DNA from: an uncultured Candidatus Scalindua sp. | GTDB lineage: Bacteria; Planctomycetota; Brocadiia; Brocadiales; Scalinduaceae | Direction: 5' to 3' | Assembly: GCA_964584595.1 (NCBI GenBank) | Contig: CAZPAM010000006.1 | Location: 814 to 64,813, forward strand | Length of the DNA stretch: 64,000 nucleotides | In this document: piece by piece, positions 30,276 through 40,228 of the stretch | Position numbering within the stretch: the first letter of the stretch is position 1 | Layout: each line of letters begins with the position of its first letter | Program-made: the position numbers and the translations under genes | Notes under the pieces: model-generated | Databases searched by the model: none | What the model was told of the DNA's origin: nothing | What the model saw: the letters and a program-made list of their open reading frames with translations, nothing else

Positions 30276-32237
30276 TCATCCTTCTTCATGCACTAATCCG
30301 TACACCTTTCCTCCAACAAACATGTCAAACAAATCAGAATCTACAAGATTACCTTTAACTTCGTATCCAAGGATGTCTAATGCCTTTTCATGTGGAACCG
30401 CCCTTTTATAAGGCCTGTCTTTAGCAGTTAATGCATCATATATATCTGTAATTGCCATCATTTTCGACTGCACAGGAATCTTTTCTTCATCTATTCTCAA
30501 AGGATAGCCACTTCCATTCAGCTTCTCATGATGTGCATGTGCAATGTCAGGGATATTCTCAAATTCTTTTGTCCACGGTATATTCTTTAAGAATTCGTAT
30601 GAATGAATTACGTGAGATTCAATTTCCTGTCTCTCTTTATCATTCAGAGTACCTTTTCTTATACTTAATAAATTCAGTTCCTGCAGTGTAAGATAATGAT
30701 GTTCGTCCCCATTATAATCCTGATACATCTTGCCAGCAATATTTGCAAGTTCATCAGCCGATTCTTTGTCCAGAACAGTTGGTATATTGGCCTTTTCGAT
30801 CTCTTTTATATAAGTGTCCAGCTTTATTAATTCTTCTTTTAATTCTTTGTCAATCTCGTCAAAATACTTCTGGTAATCATCAACCTTTTTGTCGTGTATT
30901 ACACTTATTTTCCTCTCAAGATATTCGCATTCCATTGATTTTCTAATAAAATCGAAACGGCTCCTTATATATTCCAGCTCTCCAGGATAAAGCTTGTCTG
31001 CCTTTACCAGTACTCCTTCTCGCACGCCTACCTTACCAAAATCATGCAGCAAACCCGCATATCTTAATTCTCTCAGCTGGTCACTGGTAAGATTTAAATC
31101 CCTGTACTTCCCGCTTGTTGTCCTATTAGCCACCTCTGCCAGGCCTACGGTCAACAATGAAACCCTTTCAGAGTGACCACAGGTTGTAGGATCTCGTTGC
31201 TCAATAGTAAGTACGGATGCCTTGACGAATCCCTCAAACAGGTTCTGGATGTCTTGGTATAATAAATTGTTTTCGATAGATACGGCAGCCTGGCTGGCAA
31301 GTGAATTTACCAGTCCGAAGGTTTTTTCATCAAAAGATATAACCTCGTTTTCAACTACCAAATCAGATGCCAGTATAACGCCCTTAGATTTCTTCCTGTT
31401 TATTAACTGTAGTACACCAATAATCTTATTCTTGTGATCTTTCATTGGTACCACCAGCATTGACTTCGTACGATAGTTAAATTTCAGATCAAAAGCCTTA
31501 TTAAAAGTATAGTCTACATCTTTGGGTATTTTGTAGGCATCCTCCATGGCGAGAAATTCACCGGTGAGAGTAACATATCCTGCCAGGCTTGTCCTCGTAA
31601 TAGGCAGTGAGTACTCCTCAAACTCCAGATGGGAAAGGGTATCATTTTGTACCAGCTTAAATATTAACCTGTCTCCTACATCATCAGTCTTTTCCAGCAG
31701 ATACAAGCTTCCCGCATCACAATTAGTTACTTCCCTGCTCTTTGAAAGAATTAAATCCAACAGTTTATCATAATCCTGTTCCGAGGAAAGGGCCATACCA
31801 ATTTCATTAAGACTGCTTAATTCTCTTGTTTGATAATCCACTTTTGAATATAACCATTTGCACTCATAGGTTGAGTTAAGATAGTTAAATCCACTCTTTA
31901 TTGCTTTTAATAATTCATATTCTTCAATTGGTTCTTTCAGATAGAGAAATACTTTCTCCTCATCGTATATTTTATTACTCTTTTGCTTCTGGTCTCCATT
32001 AAGAAAGATAATCACGTTGGAGTAATCCGGACAAGCTATTAACTCAGATATTTCCTTATTCATACCATCAGCAAATTCATTATTAATAAGGAAAATATTT
32101 AGATCTTCACCTGTCTTAATATACTCCAGATTAGAAGGAGTTATTTCCCTCAAATATATACTTTTCTCCTTTAACAATAATTTAAAGGAGCTGAGTTCAA
32201 TTTCCGGTGCATAATATACAACTAAATTCTCTGACAT
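30276..32237 (-). CDS. GAF + HD-GYP cyclic-dinucleotide phosphodiesterase
   Basis: GAF (GSLYL, VLQLIN), GHSERV, LLHDFGK, HHEKLNGSGYP, DRPYK; degenerate receiver-like N-terminus. Confidence 0.9.
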   Translation of the reverse strand: MSENLVVYYAPEIELSSFKLLLKEKSIYLREITPSNLEYIKTGEDLNIFLINNEFADGMNKEISELIACPDYSNVIIFLNGDQKQKSNKIYDEEKVFLYLKEPIEEYELLKAIKSGFNYLNSTYECKWLYSKVDYQTRELSSLNEIGMALSSEQDYDKLLDLILSKSREVTNCDAGSLYLLEKTDDVGDRLIFKLVQNDTLSHLEFEEYSLPITRTSLAGYVTLTGEFLAMEDAYKIPKDVDYTFNKAFDLKFNYRTKSMLVVPMKDHKNKIIGVLQLINRKKSKGVILASDLVVENEVISFDEKTFGLVNSLASQAAVSIENNLLYQDIQNLFEGFVKASVLTIEQRDPTTCGHSERVSLLTVGLAEVANRTTSGKYRDLNLTSDQLRELRYAGLLHDFGKVGVREGVLVKADKLYPGELEYIRSRFDFIRKSMECEYLERKISVIHDKKVDDYQKYFDEIDKELKEELIKLDTYIKEIEKANIPTVLDKESADELANIAGKMYQDYNGDEHHYLTLQELNLLSIRKGTLNDKERQEIESHVIHSYEFLKNIPWTKEFENIPDIAHAHHEKLNGSGYPLRIDEEKIPVQSKMMAITDIYDALTAKDRPYKRAVPHEKALDILGYEVKGNLVDSDLFDMFVGGKVYGLVHEEG

Positions 32238-32249
32238 ATTGATCTTTGA

Positions 32250-33095
32250 TTAAAGAATTATTTCCATTCCTTCGTAAGCAGCGTACGACTCCTTAAATTC
32301 CTTTTGCGCCTGCTTTTCCAGATTGTCCACAAATTTGTCGTCATGTGTAGGGTCATGGTGAAATAAAATGAATTTCTTTACCTTAGCTGCTTTTGCAATC
32401 TTTATCCCTTGATTCCATGTAGAATGTCCCCAACCTGATTTAGAAGAGCCAATCTTGCCGGAATATTCATCTTCAGTATAGTTACTATCATAGACCAGAA
32501 CGTCTGCATTTAAAGATAACTCAAACAATGATTTATCTATACTACTGGTATGTTCTGTGTCTGTAGCATAAACAAAGGACTTGCCATCATATTCAATTCT
32601 ATACCCTATACATCCACCGGGATGGTTAAGACGTGCCATTTTAATTGTTACGTTATTTATTACAATACTATCATCTTTTGATACCTCACGAAAACTTATC
32701 TTTGCATCCAATTCTGCCAATGATACGGGGAAATATGGAAGTGTCAATTGTGCAGTAAATAATTGCTCCAACGTAAAATCCTTTTTTCTTTCACCAACAA
32801 GGGTTATTGAATATTCTTTATTAAATACCGGAGCAAAGAATGGAAATCCCTGTATATGATCCCAATGGAAATGGGAAAATAAAATGCTTATGTGTTGCGG
32901 CTTTTCCTTTATTATTTTATTCCCTAATTTCCTGATACCACTACCGGCATCCAGGATGAGTATTTCCTTACCACATCTGATTTCAATACACGCTGTATCA
33001 CCACCATACCTGACTGTTTCTTTCCCGGGTGTTGGTATGCTGCCTCTTACACCCCAGAAGCGAATATGCATTTTATTTGTCCCTGCCACCTTCAA
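32250..33095 (-). CDS. MBL-fold metallo-hydrolase (RNase Z or cNMP phosphodiesterase-like)
   Basis: FWGVRGSIPTP, LDAGSG, SHFHWDHIQG, TDTEH, WGHS, FHHDP. Confidence 0.9.
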   Translation of the reverse strand: MKVAGTNKMHIRFWGVRGSIPTPGKETVRYGGDTACIEIRCGKEILILDAGSGIRKLGNKIIKEKPQHISILFSHFHWDHIQGFPFFAPVFNKEYSITLVGERKKDFTLEQLFTAQLTLPYFPVSLAELDAKISFREVSKDDSIVINNVTIKMARLNHPGGCIGYRIEYDGKSFVYATDTEHTSSIDKSLFELSLNADVLVYDSNYTEDEYSGKIGSSKSGWGHSTWNQGIKIAKAAKVKKFILFHHDPTHDDKFVDNLEKQAQKEFKESYAAYEGMEIIL

Positions 33096-33137
33096 TCCCC
33101 TTCCACCAATTAAGTATATTTAAAGTATTCAGGTATA

Positions 33138-33707
33138 TTATCCAAATAACTCTTTTTCTATTATTGAACACAGAATATGGCCAATAGTTATATGGCATTC
33201 CTGTATACGAGCGGTATCTGAGGATGGAATCATCAGGCAGACATCCACAAATTCTTTAAGCCTGCCTCCATCTTCCCCGGTAAAAGCTACGGTCTTTGCT
33301 CCCTTTTTCCCCGCTGATACTATGGCGTTGATGATACTCGTGGAATTACCACTTGTACTTAATCCAAAAACAACATCACCATCTTTAACAAATGCCTCTA
33401 CCTGCTTCTCAAAACACTGATCATATCCATAATCATTTGCAATTGCCGTCAACACTGACGTATCGGTAGTTAACGCAAGCGCTGGCAGCGGTTTTCTATC
33501 TTTTTTAAACCTGCCTACAAGTTCCCCGGCAATATGTTGTGCATCTGCCGCACTCCCACCATTACCCATGAGGTATAATGAATGGCCGGATTTAAACGCA
33601 TCTACAGATATGTTTGCAACCTGAATAATAGTCTCAACACTATCAGAGAGCAGTTCTGTTCTCAGCTTTATACTTTCTGCCAGTGATTCTTCAATTTCGT
33701 TTTTCAT
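33138..33707 (-). CDS. gmhA: Phosphoheptose isomerase
   Basis: GNGGSAADAQH, NDYGY, STSGNS, TARIQECH. Confidence 0.96.
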   Translation of the reverse strand: MKNEIEESLAESIKLRTELLSDSVETIIQVANISVDAFKSGHSLYLMGNGGSAADAQHIAGELVGRFKKDRKPLPALALTTDTSVLTAIANDYGYDQCFEKQVEAFVKDGDVVFGLSTSGNSTSIINAIVSAGKKGAKTVAFTGEDGGRLKEFVDVCLMIPSSDTARIQECHITIGHILCSIIEKELFG

Positions 33708-33709
33708 TT

Positions 33710-35209
33710 TTATAACCGGTCTTGCCCACTTCTTTCCAAAATCCTTGAAACAATATCAGTTGTTGAAACATCTTTCACTAAGGGTGCTAAGATCACTTTA
33801 CCACCATAGGATTCGACAAATTCACGTCCTACCACTCCCTTTTCTTTCCAGTCTTCCCCTTTTACAAGAACGTCAGGCTTTATCCTTCTGATAAGCTTTT
33901 CAGGTGTTAATTCATCAAAAAGGATTACATAACCCACATCTTCCAGTGCAGATATCAGTCTCGCCCTTTCATCTTCTGAAACAAATGGCCTTTTGTCCCC
34001 CTTTTGTTCTCTTACCGATCTGTCAGTATTAAGCCCAATTACCAGCACATCACCCTGTCTCCTGGAAAATTTAAGATATTCTATGTGACCGATATGAAGT
34101 ATGTCAAAGCATCCATTTGTAAATACAATCTTCTTGTTTTCTTTCCTGTGGCCATTGAGTATTTCTTCAAGCTCGTCCAATACCTTAATCTTTGCGTAAA
34201 GAGGATTTGACCCTCCCATAAGTTCACTCAGTATCTCACTCTTACTGACAGGTACGGCACCAATCTTTCCAACCTCAACTCCGGATGCAACGTTTGCAAT
34301 CATCGCGGCATCCTCAAAACTGTTTTTACTTCCAACAACAAATCCGAAAACACTCAGAACCATATCCCCTGCACCGCTAACATCATAGACATCTTTGGGT
34401 ACGGTAGGGATTAATTTGCATTCCCCATCTCTACTGTATAAAAACATTCCGTCCTTATCTGCTGTTATAATAACGTACTCCAACAAATTCTCTTCCAGCA
34501 ATTTCTTTCCGGCAGATTTCATACTGTTAACATCCGTTATCTTAATCCCGGTTGACAGTTTTGTTTCAAACCGGTTAGGTGTTATTGCGGTTGCACCTTT
34601 ATAAATTCCATAGTCCTTCGTAAGCCCCGGATCTACTATAACCGGCACATTGTGGGCTTTGGCTGATTTGATTACAGATTCCAGGATTCGCCTTGATAAT
34701 AATCCTTTGTTCATGTCAGAAATCAGTACTATATCAACTTGCTGAATTCTGCCATCAATCTTATTTATTATCTCTTCCTGTTTTTCCTCTCCAATATCAT
34801 CAGTCTTTTCATAATCAATCCTCAAAAGCTGTTGAATACCTTTTCCTGCAGATTGAAGATGCCCCATCATTCTAACTTTTACGGTTGTTGGCCTGTCCGA
34901 ATCTTGAACAATTCCTTCTGTATCGACTCCTAAATTATTTAAGTTGTCTAACAGCAGTTTGCCCTCATTGTCATTACCGATAACCCCATAGCAAAAAACA
35001 TTAGCCCCAAGGTGTGCAAGGTTATTCGCAACACTTCCAGCCCCACCCGGCCTTATTTCCTCAGATGTTACATTCAATACAGGAATCGGAGCTTCCTGTG
35101 ATATACGGTTGACTTCACCCCAGACATATTTATCCAGCATAAAATCACCTACCAACATGATATTTGGCTTACCGATATTTGATAGAATATATACAAGATT
35201 TTCAGACAT
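33710..35209 (-). CDS. hldE: Bifunctional heptose kinase/adenylyltransferase HldE
   Basis: GDFMLDKY, DVSGAGD, FTNGCFDILHIGH, PDVLVKGED. Confidence 0.95.
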   Translation of the reverse strand: MSENLVYILSNIGKPNIMLVGDFMLDKYVWGEVNRISQEAPIPVLNVTSEEIRPGGAGSVANNLAHLGANVFCYGVIGNDNEGKLLLDNLNNLGVDTEGIVQDSDRPTTVKVRMMGHLQSAGKGIQQLLRIDYEKTDDIGEEKQEEIINKIDGRIQQVDIVLISDMNKGLLSRRILESVIKSAKAHNVPVIVDPGLTKDYGIYKGATAITPNRFETKLSTGIKITDVNSMKSAGKKLLEENLLEYVIITADKDGMFLYSRDGECKLIPTVPKDVYDVSGAGDMVLSVFGFVVGSKNSFEDAAMIANVASGVEVGKIGAVPVSKSEILSELMGGSNPLYAKIKVLDELEEILNGHRKENKKIVFTNGCFDILHIGHIEYLKFSRRQGDVLVIGLNTDRSVREQKGDKRPFVSEDERARLISALEDVGYVILFDELTPEKLIRRIKPDVLVKGEDWKEKGVVGREFVESYGGKVILAPLVKDVSTTDIVSRILERSGQDRL

Positions 35210-35210
35210 A

Positions 35211-36218
35211 TTATTTCCTTCCTGTCAAAACAGAAATTGACCTGGGAAGCTTTAAGTCCATCCTGGTTAAGTCACAGAACCCGGCTTCCCTAAGCCATCC
35301 TTCAATCTCATTAAATGAATATGTACGTCCATTTTCCGTAAATAATAGCATATTAAGGGAAAAAAGGGCTGGGAAACATGGAGAAGCTTTATCATTTTCA
35401 AGGATAAAATCCTGAATTATTATCTTCCCACCACTGTTTAGCGCATTATATACTCTTTTTATTAATGCAATATTTTCCTGCTCTCCTTCACCATGAATAA
35501 TGTTCGAGAGAAAAGCAACATCGTATTGCCCTTCTATTTCTTTATTAAAATCACCTTCTATCAGCTCTATCCTGTTAGCGACACTGGAATTTGAAATCAG
35601 TTCTTTAGTAATCTTCAAAGTTCCAGGCAAATCTAAGATTGTTGCCTTCAGGTTACTGTTTTTCGTACAAAAAAATACTGAATAAGTACCGGCTCCTCCA
35701 CCAAGATCAATCATGGTTTTACAGTCACTCAGGTCTATTTCCCTTGATATTATAGGAGCAACAGACATGGCCGTATTGTGCATAGCAGTGATAAAGTTTC
35801 TGGTTTCGTTTCTTTCAGCCTGAAACATGTCTGGCGTACGTGCAGGTTCCCCGGAAATCACGGAATCACTCAGCCTGCTCCATGCATCCCACATAACATC
35901 TTGAAGAATGACAATGTCGCCTATATACCTATCCCTGCCATTTATAAAAATCTCTTTTCCCTCTTCTGTATTAAAATATTTATCATTATCTTTCTGTAAC
36001 AAATCTAAGCTAACCGCAGCATCCAGTAATGTCTCTGTTGCATATACATTTGAATTTATCTTTGCCGAAATATCACCAGCAGATTGTCTTGTTTCGCCGA
36101 TAATGCTAAAAACATCAAGCCTGACTGCCGTTAACAATACCTTTGATTTAAAGAAAGAATAACCTAGCTCAAGAGTGCGCTCTCTATACTTATTTACATT
36201 ATCTTTTGTAATATACAT
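35211..36218 (-). CDS. SAM-dependent O-methyltransferase with dimerisation domain
   Basis: SKVLLTAVRLDVF, IDLGGGAG, DLP, GDF, LSNIIH, GRTYS. Confidence 0.88.
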   Translation of the reverse strand: MYITKDNVNKYRERTLELGYSFFKSKVLLTAVRLDVFSIIGETRQSAGDISAKINSNVYATETLLDAAVSLDLLQKDNDKYFNTEEGKEIFINGRDRYIGDIVILQDVMWDAWSRLSDSVISGEPARTPDMFQAERNETRNFITAMHNTAMSVAPIISREIDLSDCKTMIDLGGGAGTYSVFFCTKNSNLKATILDLPGTLKITKELISNSSVANRIELIEGDFNKEIEGQYDVAFLSNIIHGEGEQENIALIKRVYNALNSGGKIIIQDFILENDKASPCFPALFSLNMLLFTENGRTYSFNEIEGWLREAGFCDLTRMDLKLPRSISVLTGRK

Positions 36219-36670
36219 ATATTTATCAAAAACCGTGCCTTTCTTAAATATTGAGAAAAGATGTTACAAAACATTAACATGAAATACTACCTTTTTCTTA
36301 ATAAGTGCTGTGAGGATATCAGTTTAAGGCTATAGTGTCAAATACAAACTAGCCTCATCCCTATACTTTTAGAATGATCAATTTTGTGGATTTTGTGGGT
36401 AATATTACCTAAATAATGAAAGCAATAAATGGCAGACAAATCATCAAGCTGCCTTGTATGAATGGAAATTTGTTTTAAAATATTGTAATTAACTAATAAA
36501 ACAACAGCTAACATCAGAGTCACTATGTTTTTTGTTGCAGTAGTTTATGTTCTCTGATATCATAAGTAATTACATTAACTCACGTTAAATAATTGCTGTC
36601 GAGCAGTTATATATGAAATTTAGACTATTAATTTTTTAAAATATGTTTTATTGAATGGAGACGATTATCA

Positions 36671-36979
36671 ATGAAAGAAGGAATTCATCCAGAATATGTA
36701 GAGACAACTGTTACCTGCGGATGTGGAGAAACATTTAAAACACGATCAACACAAAGTAAAATTGCAGTAGAGGTTTGCTCCAAGTGCCATCCATTTTATA
36801 CCGGAAAGCAGAAATTTGTTGACAGCGCCGGAAGGGTTGAACGCTTTAAGCAGAAATTCAAATGGACTAAAGATTCTGCTCAAGGCGATTCGGCAAAGGA
36901 TACCGGTGATAGTGTGGCGGACGACCAGAGTGCGGTTGCTGTAGAAGAAAAACCGGAGAATAGTAGTGCAGATAAATGA
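36671..36979 (+). CDS. rpmE: 50S ribosomal protein L31 (Zn-binding type) with acidic tail
   Basis: MKEGIHPEY, CxC...CxxCHPFYTG, GRVERF. Confidence 0.96.
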   Translation: MKEGIHPEYVETTVTCGCGETFKTRSTQSKIAVEVCSKCHPFYTGKQKFVDSAGRVERFKQKFKWTKDSAQGDSAKDTGDSVADDQSAVAVEEKPENSSADK

Positions 36980-38063
36980 CAAACTTCTAAAGAAACTGAA
37001 GGAGATGTTTGAACGTCATAATGAGCTGGAAAAGCATTTGTCTGACCCGGAGGTTATCTCCGACAATACCAGATATACATCCTACGTTAAAGAGCACGGC
37101 AGGCTTTCAAAATTCGTAACCAAATATCTCCAACTGGACAAGACACTAAAACAAAAGGAAGACGCCAGGGCCATTCTTGCCGAAAACGATGGTGATAAAG
37201 ATCTAAACAACATGGCCAGAGACGAACTCGACAATCTTGAAGAAAAAGAACTAGAGTTGTTTGAAGAGGTTAAAGGATGTTTCTTTACAGAAGGTGATGA
37301 TTCTGACAAGAATGCGATAATGGAGATTCGGGCTGGAACCGGTGGAGACGAGGCAGCGCTGTTTGCCGCCGATCTCTTCAAGATGTACACAAAATATGCC
37401 GAAAAACAGAAATGGAAAACCGAAATATTAGATTCCAGCTATACAGAAATTGGAGGTTTCAAAGAGATAACCTTCTCCATTTCAGGACAATCAGTTTATA
37501 GCAAATTATGTTTCGAAAGTGGAACCCACCGTGTACAAAGGGTTCCTACCACAGAAACAAGCGGAAGAATACACACCTCAGCAGCAACAGTTGCTGTCTT
37601 GCCGGAGGTTGAAGATGTTGAAATCAAAATAGACCCCAAAGATATTTCAGTCGATACATTTCGATCTTCCGGACCGGGAGGACAGAAGGTCAACAAAACC
37701 AGTTCTGCCATTAGAATAACACATTCACCTACCGGACTGGTTGTTAAGTGCATGGACGAAAAATCACAACACAGAAACCGTGCAAAGGCAATGCGTATTC
37801 TGCGAAGCCGTCTCTACACTTTTTTGCAGGATCAAAAAAAGGATGAGCGCGACAAGACACGGCGCACCCAGATAGGATCCGGCGATAGAAGCGAAAAGAT
37901 CCGTACATATAACTTTCCACAAAACAGGGTAACCGACCACCGAATAAATCTCAATCTATACAATCTGGAAAAGATCATGCTTGGTGAAATAGACGAATTG
38001 ATTGAGGCAATGACAAATTACGGAAAGCAGGAAAAGATGAAGGAATTAGCTGCCACCCTGTAA
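36966..38063 (+). CDS. prfA: Peptide chain release factor 1
   Basis: [14 protein letters not shown] (PxT) motif, [20 protein letters not shown]. Confidence 0.97.
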   Translation: MQINDKLLKKLKEMFERHNELEKHLSDPEVISDNTRYTSYVKEHGRLSKFVTKYLQLDKTLKQKEDARAILAENDGDKDLNNMARDELDNLEEKELELFEEVKGCFFTEGDDSDKNAIMEIRAGTGGDEAALFAADLFKMYTKYAEKQKWKTEILDSSYTEIGGFKEITFSISGQSVYSKLCFESGTHRVQRVPTTETSGRIHTSAATVAVLPEVEDVEIKIDPKDISVDTFRSSGPGGQKVNKTSSAIRITHSPTGLVVKCMDEKSQHRNRAKAMRILRSRLYTFLQDQKKDERDKTRRTQIGSGDRSEKIRTYNFPQNRVTDHRINLNLYNLEKIMLGEIDELIEAMTNYGKQEKMKELAATL

Positions 38064-38137
38064 TTGTTTTCCCACATTAAATAATCCTCAAAACTAATAT
38101 TCAGCATCCCATAAATTTCCACCTCAATATTAAAGGT

Positions 38138-39034
38138 ATGGTATATACTCAAGAAAGCAATACGATTCGCAATATACTGAAATGGGCAATAGCCACTTTA
38201 AAAGAGGCCAATATAGATTCCCCAGTTATAAATGCCGATACCCTACTGTCCTTTGTGCTATCACGCGATAGAACAAAGCTCTACACAAATCCGGATGAAA
38301 TTATTAGTGATGCCGACATCAGCTGGTACAAGGAACTAATCAATGAAAGGATTAGACATGTTCCCCTTCAATATATTACACACCGAGTAGAGTTTATGTC
38401 ACTTGACTTCTTCGTAAATGAACGTGTCCTGATTCCCAGGCCGGAAACAGAAATACTTGTAGAAACAGTCCTTGAGAACGCACACGACAAACAGTATTCA
38501 AATAGGAAGATAACCATTATGGACATAGGAACCGGTTCAGGCAATATTGCCGTGTCTCTGGCCAAAAACCTCAGTAATGTAGAAATCTATGCAAGCGATA
38601 TATCACAGGAAGCCCTAGAAGTAGCAAAGGAGAATGTCCAGAGACATCAAGTTGTAGACAAAGTACATCTCCTGCATGGAGATCTCTCCGGTGCATTCAT
38701 TAGTCATATTGATCAAGGAAGCGTAGACTTTATTGTTTCAAATCCTCCTTACGTAAGCGAATCGGAGTGGGAGAATCTGGAACCTGAACTAAAAGATCAT
38801 GAACCACTGGAAGCATTAGTTGCCGGAAAGGATGGATTATGTTTCTACAGACGTATAATCAGGGACGCCTCAGATTGGTTATTACCTGACGGGTATCTGA
38901 TTGTCGAGATTGGAGAAACACAGGCAGATGCGATTATAATGCTTATGGAAAGTGAGAGGCATTACGAAGATATTGAAATAACCAAAGATCTGCAAGGAAA
39001 AGAACGCATAATCTCTGCAAGGCGAAAACAATAA
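38138..39034 (+). CDS. prmC: Release factor glutamine methyltransferase
   Basis: PLQYI, VLIPRPETE, DIGTGSG, NPPY; follows prfA. Confidence 0.96.
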   Translation: MVYTQESNTIRNILKWAIATLKEANIDSPVINADTLLSFVLSRDRTKLYTNPDEIISDADISWYKELINERIRHVPLQYITHRVEFMSLDFFVNERVLIPRPETEILVETVLENAHDKQYSNRKITIMDIGTGSGNIAVSLAKNLSNVEIYASDISQEALEVAKENVQRHQVVDKVHLLHGDLSGAFISHIDQGSVDFIVSNPPYVSESEWENLEPELKDHEPLEALVAGKDGLCFYRRIIRDASDWLLPDGYLIVEIGETQADAIIMLMESERHYEDIEITKDLQGKERIISARRKQ

Positions 39035-39113
39035 AGAATATTGTTCCCAGTAAAGCTGTTAGCAGGCTTGATATTCTGATGTTGCTATATTTATTGCGCG
39101 CACTTCTGAATCT

Positions 39114-39878
39114 TCATTTAATCTCAAGTGTAAATACATATGGAGAGCCTTGTGCTCCAACTATCAGTTCGTTCGCCTTTTTTTTGTCCAGAATGCATGA
39201 CCCCTCTACCTGTGTACCATTAACGAACGTCCCAAGACTACTCCCTCTATCTATAACGATATAATCTTCGTCTACCCGGTCTATCAGAAAATGGTTTGAG
39301 GAGATATTATAAGGAGGTTTTCCGGTGTTATCTTCAAGGGATATGTCATTGTCCGCAAATACATCATCCTCTCCTATTGTGCTCGAGCGGCCTACTTTGC
39401 AGGGAAAATCGCCTATCCCTACCGAGATACTGCCCAAAGCTTTTATGCTTGATTCGTTTACGGCTGTAAAAACAATATGTCCTTTTCCCACTATACCACC
39501 TTGTTTGGCTTTCTTCTTTTGAGGGTCGGAGCGTTCCATAAGGACAATATTCTTGTTAGCGGTTCTCAACCTTTCAAAGAGTGCCTTTATGATGGGGAAT
39601 AGTTTCCTGGGATTCTCTGTTAATAGTTTATTAAATTGCTTACGGTCAATCACAGATACCTGTGTGTCTTCAATAGCCGTAACCGTTGCAGATCTGGCTT
39701 TGTCTTCCATCAAAGACATTTCACCAACAAGCTGTTTCTGCCCAAGGGTCGCAAGCACAGTTTTCTTCTCATTGACCATGCACGATACTTCAACCCTGCC
39801 GGACTCAATGATATAGGCGCAGGTTTCATGTGAGCCTTGTTGAATTATTACTTCTCCCTTTTTATAAGTTATACTCAT
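39114..39878 (-). CDS. cNMP-binding + FHA domain protein
   Basis: GEVIIQQG, GEMSL...RSATV phosphate cassette; FHA VGR...S..H...DRGSSLGTFVNG; ATG 39878 preferred. Confidence 0.88.
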   Translation of the reverse strand: MSITYKKGEVIIQQGSHETCAYIIESGRVEVSCMVNEKKTVLATLGQKQLVGEMSLMEDKARSATVTAIEDTQVSVIDRKQFNKLLTENPRKLFPIIKALFERLRTANKNIVLMERSDPQKKKAKQGGIVGKGHIVFTAVNESSIKALGSISVGIGDFPCKVGRSSTIGEDDVFADNDISLEDNTGKPPYNISSNHFLIDRVDEDYIVIDRGSSLGTFVNGTQVEGSCILDKKKANELIVGAQGSPYVFTLEIK

Positions 39879-40149
39879 TATAATACGGCCCCACAAATAA
39901 TAATAGGTGTCAAACAACACATATACTTCCAATACATATCAATTCACATAAACAACGTGGATCGTTAATGAGTGAATATTATCAACACTAAATTACTAAA
40001 GCAAATGAAATTCCCGAATTCTTCAGTTTCTCATCTTCCAATCTCGGAGACCTGATAGTTCCAGTTGGGAACAAAGAGTTTACCCCCTGCCGTTCCGGGA
40101 TGCAGCATTCTATCTACTTCTGTTTCTTTATGCCTTCATACCTAGTATA

Positions 40150-40178
40150 TTGACTTAGGTTTAGAACTCTGATATAAA
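40150..40178 (+). promoter_or_regulatory. Putative sigma70 promoter
   Basis: TTGACT-17nt-TATAAA, 50 nt before ATG 40229. Confidence 0.55.
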
Positions 40179-40228
40179 TTATTCCAATTACATTGATATC
40201 AGGAATAAAATTTTAATCTATCTATCAT

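Noticed and set aside
36338-36523. 61-aa ORF in the rpmE upstream region
   Set aside because: No RBS or motif; AT-rich divergent promoter region
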